A stretch of DNA of 64,000 nucleotides from Limisphaerales bacterium. Its GTDB lineage: Bacteria; Verrucomicrobiota; Verrucomicrobiia; Limisphaerales; JAJOIW01. Under the pieces are notes generated by a model. The model did not search any database. It saw only the letters and a program-made list of their open reading frames with translations, and was not told the origin of the DNA. Shown here one piece after another: positions 19,701 through 27,484 of the stretch (position 1 is its first letter; every line of letters begins with the position of its first letter). The position numbers and the translations under genes are program-made. The stretch lies in contig CBFHOE010000002.1 of the NCBI GenBank assembly GCA_965657355.1, positions 96,001 to 160,000 of the forward strand. Direction: 5' to 3'.

Positions 19701-21718
19701 GAGACGGTCTCAAATATGAATGGTTCCTAAATGGTGTTGCTCTTGCCAACAGTAACTCCTCATCTTTCGATGTAGCTTCTGCGAATGAATCCGACCAAGG
19801 CACCTACCATGTTGTCGTTACTGATGAAAATGATAATTCAGCGTCAAGTGAACCCATTGTGGTTCTTATTAGTCCTACGCAAGGAGGATCATTTGTCTTC
19901 TGCAATGTTGGTTTTGACGGAGGAACAAGAAATGTTCCTGTCGAACACCCAGATTCAGGAGGAGTGACAGGGGCAAATTGGTTAGCCCAACCTTTTGTCG
20001 GAACAAATAAATACGATCTCAAACCTGTCGGGCCTGCAACACCGTTTTTCGATGGCGAAGCAGCTGGCCTTATCATTAAAAGCCCAAACCCAACCAGAAA
20101 GGCTTCTCACCTCGACCCGGGCGTCGAAGCTGTCTTCCAGATTCGTGTTTGGCAATCGGGGAAAGGAATTGATTTTGAATCTGCACTCGCTAATGGATCA
20201 GAATTCTTTGCTTCGAATATTTTCACAGAAGTTCTTGGCGGAGCGGGATCGCCTCCATCTATTCCCGTGGATATAGATGGTTTAGAGGAATTCTATTTTA
20301 ACGAAGGCCTTCCACCAGCTGAAGCTGTCATTCTTGAACAACCGAAGCATATTCTCATAAACGAAGGGGAAAAAACCACCCTAACTGTCGTTGCTGATGG
20401 CCCAGGCTTAAGTTACCAGTGGTACTTTAACGGGCATCCCATCGATGATGCAAATGGTCCTGAAATAGGATCAGAAATGGCTACATTAGATATGCAAGGC
20501 ACATATGATGTTGTCGTGAGTGATGAAAATGGTAATGAAGTTCTAAGTGAACCAGCCATCGTCAATATTCTACCACTTGCAAGAGGGGCGACGCTAAATA
20601 TCTGCAATATTGAAATTGGACCAGAAAGAAGACAAGTTCCAGTTGAGCATCCCGAAAACGGGCCACTAACTGGACGGGCTTGGCTGGCGCAACCATTCAT
20701 AGGAACATCACCGTTTGACCTCAAACCTGTCGGCCCCGCTGTTCCTTTTTATGGTGAAGGATCAATTGGCATCTACAGAAAAGAAATTACCCCAATTAGG
20801 ACATTCTCTCATATTACACCAGGGGATATTGCGACTGTTCAAATCAGGGTCTGGGAATCTGCTTTTGCGCCAGAATTCTTTGAAGCGATTGATAAAGGGT
20901 CTAACTATTTTGCATCGAACATTTTCGAGCAAAAAACAGGAGGGGCAGGATCACCTCCATCGTTTCCACCGACACTCGAGGGACTTCAAAAGTTCTCATT
21001 AAACGAGGGTCTACCAGATATTAATGTTTTTTGGCCGACGCCAGCAAACATTACATATGGAACCCCTCTCGGCGATGATCAATTAAATGCTCAAACAACA
21101 ACCCCAGGATCATTCGTATACAAACCTGCGGCAGGAACTATACTGAATGCTGGAGTACATAAATTGAAGGCTAAATTTACGCCTGACAGTGATGAATTCG
21201 AATCAATCGATATCAGCGTGAACATAACAGTTGAAAAAGCTGTTCCTCAGTTAGTTGGGAACCCAACAAGCAACTGGCCAACTGATACGCCATTGGATGC
21301 CTATCTCTTCTCAGGGATACAAGCCGACACGCCAGGTTCGTTTCAAGCACGACTCAATGGATCAACACAAATCCATTACGGAATCACAATGATTAGATCA
21401 GGGGCAAACAGCGTAGCTGCCACCTTTGTTCCTGATGATAGTGACAACTTCGCACAGGTTAACTTTAACTTTCAAATCACGGGACTCAAACCTAAGAAAG
21501 AAGAAGTTAGACCTAAGAACACTGAAGTAACAGAGGATTCCATCAAAATCGAATTACCAGTCGAACCAAATACTTATTATCAAATTGAAATGACAGAAGA
21601 CTTCATCAATTGGGAAGTGGTATTTGTTTCAAATGATGATGAATCTGCAGAGTTCAAAGCAGCCTTGGATGAAACCAAAGCTCAGGGATTCTTCAGAATC
21701 CGTTCTTATCAAAAATAA
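16730..21718 (+). CDS. large secreted/surface protein: six [Ig + ~140-aa beta domain] units, two MBG/Big-like domains, C-terminal domain
   Basis: Signal peptide; Ig motifs (YQW..NG...GTY.V); repeated GGxFxFCN...QIRVW...FFASNIF...GG.G.PPS; WPTPANITYGTPL domain. Confidence 0.9.
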   Translation: MFERKNSLWGSIVFALMFALATPFVTESLYAGVTINTEPVSIEANAGDRVEFSVGATGTSLRYQWYKNGIRLNGKTSRRLILSSVDFDDSATYHVRIRDNRNDTEWSGPGILNVSTTSGGTINICNATLDSGSRRVAVSHPETGKLLNGREWFAQPYVGNDIENLAPTGAAVPFYESDIGTGIWFKTPNPIRKINGVAPGREVLVQFRVWEWGKGKTFEEALENDSDFFASNIFEYTTGGAGSPPSIAPSVNGLQEFFFNSGLPITEATILSQSTHKFYSEGETVLIEVEADGPGLTYNWYVNGMPSDVSDTGSILFENATAANSGTYQLEVVDENGKSAISEPIITVVLPFTGGTFNFCNIGLDSGQRNVPVIHPESGGVSGIEWLAQPYVGEDAYNMLPVGPPSPFFTGEAAGLIVKSPTPTRKATHVEPGTVATMQIRVWQSGKGGSFESAVENGSDFFASNIFEVALGGVGTPPSIPTNINALEEFFFNDGLPIEEATILGQSDHISILEGSPLELNVEAVGLGLSYQWFFNGSLIENSNSESYSIANSNESHSGTYHVIVTDENENTAVSSPIVAMVSPISGGSFIFCNVGLDGGTRNVPVVHPETGGVEGMEWLAQPWVGNNAYDLKPVGPATPFFNGEAAGLILKSPNPTRKASHIAPGTLATIQIRVWQARKGSDFESALENESDFFASNIFTKTLGGIGNPPSVPTFIDELEEFNFNGGLPSPEVSIVSQSSHQSLSEGQALNIEVEAVGPGLVYKWYFNGLPVNDATTGLISIPSVVEANQGTYQVFVTDENGKVAVSEPIIVIVNPSSGGTFNFCNIGLDGGQRNVPVTHEQMVISGTEWFAQPFVGNTTNDLEPVGPPVPFYTGDAAGLILKNPTPTRRAKNVEPGSVATIQIRVWRSGKGADFESALNNESDYFASNIFTATLGGAGNPPTFPVEINGLNKFFFNEGLPPEVAEIVNQPTHTSLTVGNPLSLVVDAKGDGLKYEWFLNGVALANSNSSSFDVASANESDQGTYHVVVTDENDNSASSEPIVVLISPTQGGSFVFCNVGFDGGTRNVPVEHPDSGGVTGANWLAQPFVGTNKYDLKPVGPATPFFDGEAAGLIIKSPNPTRKASHLDPGVEAVFQIRVWQSGKGIDFESALANGSEFFASNIFTEVLGGAGSPPSIPVDIDGLEEFYFNEGLPPAEAVILEQPKHILINEGEKTTLTVVADGPGLSYQWYFNGHPIDDANGPEIGSEMATLDMQGTYDVVVSDENGNEVLSEPAIVNILPLARGATLNICNIEIGPERRQVPVEHPENGPLTGRAWLAQPFIGTSPFDLKPVGPAVPFYGEGSIGIYRKEITPIRTFSHITPGDIATVQIRVWESAFAPEFFEAIDKGSNYFASNIFEQKTGGAGSPPSFPPTLEGLQKFSLNEGLPDINVFWPTPANITYGTPLGDDQLNAQTTTPGSFVYKPAAGTILNAGVHKLKAKFTPDSDEFESIDISVNITVEKAVPQLVGNPTSNWPTDTPLDAYLFSGIQADTPGSFQARLNGSTQIHYGITMIRSGANSVAATFVPDDSDNFAQVNFNFQITGLKPKKEEVRPKNTEVTEDSIKIELPVEPNTYYQIEMTEDFINWEVVFVSNDDESAEFKAALDETKAQGFFRIRSYQK
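16826..21020 (+). repeat. intragenic tandem repeat, six units of ~699 nt (232-235 aa)
   Basis: Conserved xGxxxxCN motif starts at 17084, 17789, 18488, 19187, 19883 and 20582 (spacings 705, 699, 699, 696, 699). Confidence 0.9.
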
Positions 21719-21746
21719 TTTTGCTGAATAAGCAAAGCATGTCTTG

Positions 21747-21773
21747 AGGGGGCTTTAAAAGCCCCCTTTTTTT
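21747..21773 (+). terminator. intrinsic terminator after the large surface protein gene
   Basis: AGGGGGCTT-TAA-AAGCCCCCT followed by a T run. Confidence 0.85.
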
Positions 21774-21789
21774 GTCTGATAGTTTGGGA

Positions 21790-22650
21790 TCACTTTGTGC
21801 GTCCCCACTGGAAAAGAAATTGTTGAGCATACCCTCTATTCACACCAAAATGCTGTTCAGCGAAAACTTGCATATTTTTCATCGAATGCGGCGCACTGAT
21901 ACCATATTGCTCAATAAGGACCCTCTTGATCCATGTATCGATCGGGAAAACATCATATTTACCAAATCCAAACAATAGGACACAGTCGGCTACTTTTGGC
22001 CCCACTCCGGGTAACTGCATAAGCTGATCCCTTGCGTCACTTGCAGTCATAGAATAGAGACTTGATAAATTTAATGACCCTGAGGCAATCGCTCGTGACG
22101 CCGCCAATAAATATGGCGCTCGGTATCCAAGCTTGAGATTTCTGAGTTGGCTTTCACTTTTTTCAGACAAAATTTCGGGGCTGGGAAACCCATATCTTCC
22201 CCCCACCCCTTCGAGCTGAGTTCCAAAATTAAAACATATCGCTTTTATCATTTGTCTGATGTGGGAAATTTGCTTGTTACTAGATAAAATGAAGGAGGCG
22301 AGAGTTTCCCAAGGGTCTTGATTCAAGAGGCGAAGTCCCTGACATGAATCCAACGACTCTTGCATGAAGGCATCATTCGGGAATGAGGCGAGAATGGAGT
22401 TATAATCCAATTTTGTATGAAAATAATCACGAGCCCAACCCCAATTCCCCGGATGGCATGCAGATTCAATGCATAGCGATACATCCCTTTGATAAACTCT
22501 AGTCCATCGCGAACCAATAGCTCCTTCCCAAGCAATACCGTCTTCATACAACACTTCCTCCCAACGGAATGCCTGACCAGAATTTAATGTGAGGCCAAGA
22601 TTGTATGACGCTATAGGTATCTCACATTTATGAAAAAATGGTTTAGTCAT
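21790..22650 (-). CDS. 8-oxoguanine DNA glycosylase (OGG1-like, HhH-GPD)
   Basis: TLNSGQAFRW, QDPWETL.SFI.SSN, LGYRA, LPGVGPKVADCVLLF, FPIDTW, GYAQQFLF. Confidence 0.9.
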   Translation of the reverse strand: MTKPFFHKCEIPIASYNLGLTLNSGQAFRWEEVLYEDGIAWEGAIGSRWTRVYQRDVSLCIESACHPGNWGWARDYFHTKLDYNSILASFPNDAFMQESLDSCQGLRLLNQDPWETLASFILSSNKQISHIRQMIKAICFNFGTQLEGVGGRYGFPSPEILSEKSESQLRNLKLGYRAPYLLAASRAIASGSLNLSSLYSMTASDARDQLMQLPGVGPKVADCVLLFGFGKYDVFPIDTWIKRVLIEQYGISAPHSMKNMQVFAEQHFGVNRGYAQQFLFQWGRTK

Positions 22651-22709
22651 AAAGTGCTTCGATATTTATAAATCTTGAGGTCGTTTTGAAACAGAATAGA
22701 ATTGGCAAT

Positions 22710-23681
22710 GTGAAAATATTGGTTACAGGTGGCGCTGGTTATATCGGTTCAGCATGTGTTGAACTTCTTATAATGAATGGATATGAGGTTGCTGTTTTCG
22801 ATAATCTGACAGAGGGGCATGAGGAAGCAATACACCCCGAAGCAAGCTTCGTCAAAGGAGATTTAGCCGAAAAAGATAAAATCGACGCATGCCTTGATGA
22901 CCACCAACCAGATGCAATCATACACTTTGCAGCTTTTGCCCTTGTCGGTGAATCCATGAAAAACCCAGGAAAGTATTTCACCAACAACGTTGGAAATGCT
23001 CACAACTTGTTAGAATGTGCGACAAAGCGCGGCATTAAAAAATTCGTCTTTAGTTCAACTTGCGCAACATATGGAGTCCCTGAAAGCATGCCCATGCATG
23101 AGGGGCTCAACCAAAAACCAATTAACCCTTACGGAGAATCGAAATTAATGTTCGAAAAAATACTCCATTGGTATCAAATAACCTACAATATCGAACCGGT
23201 TATTTTTAGATATTTTAATGCAGCTGGAGCCACAAAACGTTTCGGAGAACATCATAAAATCGAAACACACCTGATTCCCAATGTTCTTAAAGTTGCCCTG
23301 GGGCAATCCGAAGGATGTCAGGTTTTTGGCGAGGATTATCCGACTCCAGATGGCACCTGTATCAGAGATTATATACATATCACTGATTTGGCGGATGCTC
23401 ATATACGAGCCCTAAAACCTGGGATTTCAGGAGCATTCAATTTGGGTAATGGGGATGGGTATTCTGTAAGGCAGGTCATTGACACTTGCAGGAAAGTCAC
23501 CGGAAAGGAAATCCCGTTTAAATCACTTGATAGGCGACCAGGCGATCCTCCTATACTTGTTGCCAATGCGACGAAAGCGAAAGAGGTTCTTGGTTGGAGC
23601 CCTCAATTCGCAAGCCTTGAAGATATAATTCAATCAGCATGGAATTGGCATTCCAAAAATCCAAATGGATATTTGAAATAA
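22710..23681 (+). CDS. galE: UDP-glucose 4-epimerase
   Basis: GGAGYIGS, HFAA..LVGES, FSSTCATYG, NPYGESK, RYFNAAG, DGTCIRDYIH; likely GTG start. Confidence 0.95.
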   Translation: MKILVTGGAGYIGSACVELLIMNGYEVAVFDNLTEGHEEAIHPEASFVKGDLAEKDKIDACLDDHQPDAIIHFAAFALVGESMKNPGKYFTNNVGNAHNLLECATKRGIKKFVFSSTCATYGVPESMPMHEGLNQKPINPYGESKLMFEKILHWYQITYNIEPVIFRYFNAAGATKRFGEHHKIETHLIPNVLKVALGQSEGCQVFGEDYPTPDGTCIRDYIHITDLADAHIRALKPGISGAFNLGNGDGYSVRQVIDTCRKVTGKEIPFKSLDRRPGDPPILVANATKAKEVLGWSPQFASLEDIIQSAWNWHSKNPNGYLK

Positions 23682-23689
23682 TTCGAAGT

Positions 23690-25180
23690 TTAAAAGCTAC
23701 AGATTATTGAGACTCGATCTAGTCCGGGCAGGACCTTTTTATGAGCCACAATTTTCCCAGAAAGAAATTGGAATTTTCTGGATAATGATTGCGAAAGCTC
23801 ATGTATGTATTGCTCAAGAAGCTTCCAAGACCTCGTTTTTGAATAATCTAAAATATGCTGCTCAACCTCTGCGTAATTTATAGTGGAGGATATATCGTCT
23901 GTCTTGATAGCTGTGCCCGCATTAAACTGAAATTCAAGGTCTATTTTAAGAAGCTGGGGAATTTCTCTCTCCCAATCAGGAACGCCAATGCTGACACTCA
24001 CTTCGATACCGGTTAATTTAATGGTTTGTATGAGATGATTTTGCCTACTACATGCTGTGTTTTTTTTGACTTCTTCCAAGAGTTTACGAGTAGGAAAGTT
24101 TAGTTTGAGAAGAAGAGCCTCTTCCAAGGAAACCCATTTGTGATCCTGAGCCTCATCATTTAAAACGACGTCTTCTTTTCCTGATACCTCAGCTGTGTAA
24201 TTTAAGAGAAGAAAGTGGGCTGGTTTATAAAATTCAGTGCTTTGAATACAGTCCTGAACAAAGACAAAATGAATATTCGTAATTTCTAATTGTGTTTCTT
24301 CTTTTATTTCCCTTATCAGCGCCTCTTCTGATGGTTCGTTTAACTCGATCTTGCCTCCAGGTATTCCCCATAAATCCGACCATTTGTGCGTCTGAACCAT
24401 AAGAACGTTTCCTAGTGAGTTAAAAATTAAGGCACCCACGGTAGCAATCGGCCTCGCTAAAGGAGATTGATTTGGCAATGACTTTTCGTCCGAGCTCCCA
24501 AAGGATTCTTGAGGTGAAATTTTATTCTCCTGGTGCATTTTTAAAGTAAACTTATTGTCTTTCAATACTCCACTCAATTCATTGAGGTTTTCAACGATTA
24601 TATCCGGGTCACATTTCCGAAGTTGTTCCAACCCATTGTAACCAGTCAAGACAGCGCAGGACAACACACCGCCTGATTTTGCAGCTTGAATGTCATGCTC
24701 CATATCTCCAATAAAAAGAGTCTCACTTCCATCTAGTTCATTATGGGTCAGCAGATGATGAATTCTTTTGACCTTATTATCTATTTCGATAAAGGGAGCA
24801 TCAATTAAGTGCATAAAACCACATCGTTCTGACTGGAGTTCAAATTGCTTGGAATGAATAGCGCTAAAAATATAAGTTCTGCAGCTTTCACTCTTAACAA
24901 ATTCAAGAAAGCGTTTTGATTGTGGCAAAGGCTCAACCAAATGTTCAACAGTCGGAAAATAATCATGCCACCATGATTCCAGCTCACTTAAATTTTTTTC
25001 CGGCACGTATGCCTTGTAAAATTCAGAAAATGGTAAAATAAATTTTTCCCTAAACTGGTCTAAGGACATCTCCTTTTTTCCCGCCCGGCTAAGAATATGA
25101 TTTGTTGTACGCCAAACAGCAGGCAAGTCATCGACAAGTGTTCCAGACCAGTCAAAAATAATATTCCTAATCTTCTTCAT
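23690..25180 (-). CDS. HAD-like phosphatase / Nudix hydrolase / dihydroneopterin aldolase (FolB) triple fusion
   Basis: HAD: FDWSGTL...IGDMEHD. Nudix box: PGGKIELNEPSEEALIREIKEET. FolB: IGVPDWERE.PQ, DD..STINY, LLE, K. One continuous frame. Confidence 0.85.
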   Translation of the reverse strand: MKKIRNIIFDWSGTLVDDLPAVWRTTNHILSRAGKKEMSLDQFREKFILPFSEFYKAYVPEKNLSELESWWHDYFPTVEHLVEPLPQSKRFLEFVKSESCRTYIFSAIHSKQFELQSERCGFMHLIDAPFIEIDNKVKRIHHLLTHNELDGSETLFIGDMEHDIQAAKSGGVLSCAVLTGYNGLEQLRKCDPDIIVENLNELSGVLKDNKFTLKMHQENKISPQESFGSSDEKSLPNQSPLARPIATVGALIFNSLGNVLMVQTHKWSDLWGIPGGKIELNEPSEEALIREIKEETQLEITNIHFVFVQDCIQSTEFYKPAHFLLLNYTAEVSGKEDVVLNDEAQDHKWVSLEEALLLKLNFPTRKLLEEVKKNTACSRQNHLIQTIKLTGIEVSVSIGVPDWEREIPQLLKIDLEFQFNAGTAIKTDDISSTINYAEVEQHILDYSKTRSWKLLEQYIHELSQSLSRKFQFLSGKIVAHKKVLPGLDRVSIICSF

Positions 25181-25217
25181 CTCTTTTGCAATCAACCAGA
25201 TCACAGAACTATGAATA

Positions 25218-25244
25218 GAAAAAAGCCGGTGTCAAACCGGCTTC
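25218..25244 (-). terminator. intrinsic terminator downstream of the transketolase-like gene
   Basis: AAGCCGGT/ACCGGCTT stem with a T run on the minus strand. Confidence 0.7.
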
Positions 25245-25274
25245 ACACATTATTTAGGCTTATTGATGTAAGAA

Positions 25275-27326
25275 TTAGCCTAATAATTCTTTTGCGGCTG
25301 CCACAATGCTAGGCGCCGACATGCCGTGTCTATCATACAACTGAGCTGCTTTGTAGGCAGATTGACCGAAGCCACCATTCATACCAAGTGATTTTATTGA
25401 ATGAGAGATCCCAGCCTGAGAGAGCGCATGAGAAAGCTGTGCTCCCATACCGCATACTACTTGGTGGTCCTCAACGGTTACCAACTTACCTCCGGATGCC
25501 TTCACGGCATCACCAATAACCTCAATGTCTGGGCTATTTATGAAAGGACTATTTATCACTGTGGCACTAACTCCTTCTTCAGCTAATTTTTCTGCAGCAA
25601 TAACTGCTTGGCTAAATAAAGTTCCAACTCCAACAAGAACGACGTCAGACCCTTTTCTGACAACTTGCGCTTTACCCCAAGCATAATCAGCTCCATCAAT
25701 CCAATGCTGAGGATAATTTTCCCGACCGACGAAGAATATATATGATTCCCCATCTTTACCATTAGATCTGTCATCATTAAAACGCTTTATAGCTTGATAC
25801 ATAAGAGACTCAGCCTCTCCAGAGCATGAGGGCATTATCAAGTTAGTATGCGGAATGGCACTGAGTGCCGCCAAATAAGTCGTCGCTTGGTGTGAAGCAC
25901 CATCAGCTGCATCCTGAAATCCGATATGAGAAAATACAGCTATTACCGGAGCTTGAGACAAGGCTGCCATGGTTAGTGGGAGGTTTCCTTTTGTCACCCC
26001 AAACTGAGCGAAAGTATCAACGATCGGAATAAATCCCACTTTGGAATAACCGGCACCTACGCTGACCATATTTGATTCAGCAATCCCCATATCAATGTGC
26101 CGTCCTGGGATTGATTTTTGAAATCCGGCCATGCCGGTAGATCCTGCCAGGTCGCTTGAAATACTAAACACAGGCAACCCTTCCTGAGCAGCCTTAATGG
26201 CAGCTCGCGCCAATCCTGCTTGGACTTTTTCTTTTTTCGGTCCGGAAGCGGCTGGAGCATTGGCCTTTTCAGCCTGTGCTTTTTCAGCCAAAGCCTTTAA
26301 CTCGTTCGCCCAAGCTTGAAATTCTTCCGGCACATTACCGCCAAAAATTTCGTTCATCCAATCCGGCATTTTCTGGCCGTCAGCGAGGGGAAATCCATGA
26401 CCGCCAGCACTGTGGTCAATCGTAGATTGAATACCATAGCCTTTGATGGTTTTAACCCACAAACAAACTGGTTTTGATGGATTAGCTTTTGCCTGGGCAA
26501 TAGCATCTTCGATCGCAGTAAAGACACCCTGAATGTCATGACCATCTTCGACCTTAATGACATTCCATCCCAAATCGTCCATTGCCTCAAATGACGGCTG
26601 CATACTGAACGAGTCTTTTGTTATTCTTCCAGACAATTTTGTATCATTGTCAGAAAGAATGAGAACGAAAGGATTGAGTAGATTTTTGGCTGCCAAGCCA
26701 GGTATGGAAGCAAAGGCCTCTTTAGCTTCGCCTTCCATCGATGCGCCATCGGAAGCAACAACTAAAGTTGTTCGGTCATTGCCTGCATTCCTGTCAGCCA
26801 TGGCAAGACCTTCAGCTTGGGGAATGGAGGAACTTAAAGGACCATTTGATAAGAGAACGCCCTCGGGATTTAAATGTGATTCGCCATGTCCTGTAAGCTT
26901 GCTCTCTATACTTCTAAATTTTCTAAGATCGGTGAATTCAAGACCATCAAAACCCAGATTGGCACGAAGAGCGTAGACTCCATTCTCTGCGTGACCAGCG
27001 TCGTTAATATAATTATACGCATCATGCCATGATCGATCCTTTGCGGAAAACATGATTCCATGTATGGCTGAGTTAATTTCAGCAAAGGCTGCAGGACCGC
27101 CCCAGTGGCAGGCGGCACCACCAACGACCGCATGAACATCCATTAATGCGACTAAGGCTCGAGTGACATTTGGATCCCCAACCTCTATGGATTCACCAGA
27201 GGACGTTTTGACTGTCACAGCATACTTAGGTGCCTCTTTTGGCGCTGGTGAAAGCTTTGAGGTCATTGATATTGGTTTTAGAGGCGGTGCCTCCACGACA
27301 TTAGCAGGGGTTGTATCAGCTCCCAT
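25275..27326 (-). CDS. transketolase-family TPP enzyme (divergent)
   Basis: DAGH, FRS..SKLTGH, GPL, SDG...EG...DN (TPP motif), GIAESNM, TFAQF, DGASHQ, VEDHQ..GMG. Confidence 0.8.
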   Translation of the reverse strand: MGADTTPANVVEAPPLKPISMTSKLSPAPKEAPKYAVTVKTSSGESIEVGDPNVTRALVALMDVHAVVGGAACHWGGPAAFAEINSAIHGIMFSAKDRSWHDAYNYINDAGHAENGVYALRANLGFDGLEFTDLRKFRSIESKLTGHGESHLNPEGVLLSNGPLSSSIPQAEGLAMADRNAGNDRTTLVVASDGASMEGEAKEAFASIPGLAAKNLLNPFVLILSDNDTKLSGRITKDSFSMQPSFEAMDDLGWNVIKVEDGHDIQGVFTAIEDAIAQAKANPSKPVCLWVKTIKGYGIQSTIDHSAGGHGFPLADGQKMPDWMNEIFGGNVPEEFQAWANELKALAEKAQAEKANAPAASGPKKEKVQAGLARAAIKAAQEGLPVFSISSDLAGSTGMAGFQKSIPGRHIDMGIAESNMVSVGAGYSKVGFIPIVDTFAQFGVTKGNLPLTMAALSQAPVIAVFSHIGFQDAADGASHQATTYLAALSAIPHTNLIMPSCSGEAESLMYQAIKRFNDDRSNGKDGESYIFFVGRENYPQHWIDGADYAWGKAQVVRKGSDVVLVGVGTLFSQAVIAAEKLAEEGVSATVINSPFINSPDIEVIGDAVKASGGKLVTVEDHQVVCGMGAQLSHALSQAGISHSIKSLGMNGGFGQSAYKAAQLYDRHGMSAPSIVAAAKELLG

Positions 27327-27484
27327 AATTCAGTTCTTCTCTTCGTTTATTTTGTTATTAAATCTTTCTTTACCCTAATCCAGCTAGCGAATGTGAGCTC
27401 ACAGCAAAGAAATGTGAAGCCTCTTTCGCGAAATTTTGCAATATTTTTTCAGATTTCACAGATTTAAGGACAAATTGGCACAAA

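Noticed and set aside
16826..21020. Long repeats as a CRISPR array or DGR template/variable repeats
   Set aside because: The repeats are in-frame ~699-nt protein domains diverged at synonymous sites; no spacers, cas genes or reverse transcriptase
21790..24451. OGG glycosylase plus Nudix as a GO (MutT-like) repair operon
   Set aside because: The genes are separated by the oppositely oriented galE, and the Nudix is fused to FolB; kept only as the alternative hypothesis for the fusion
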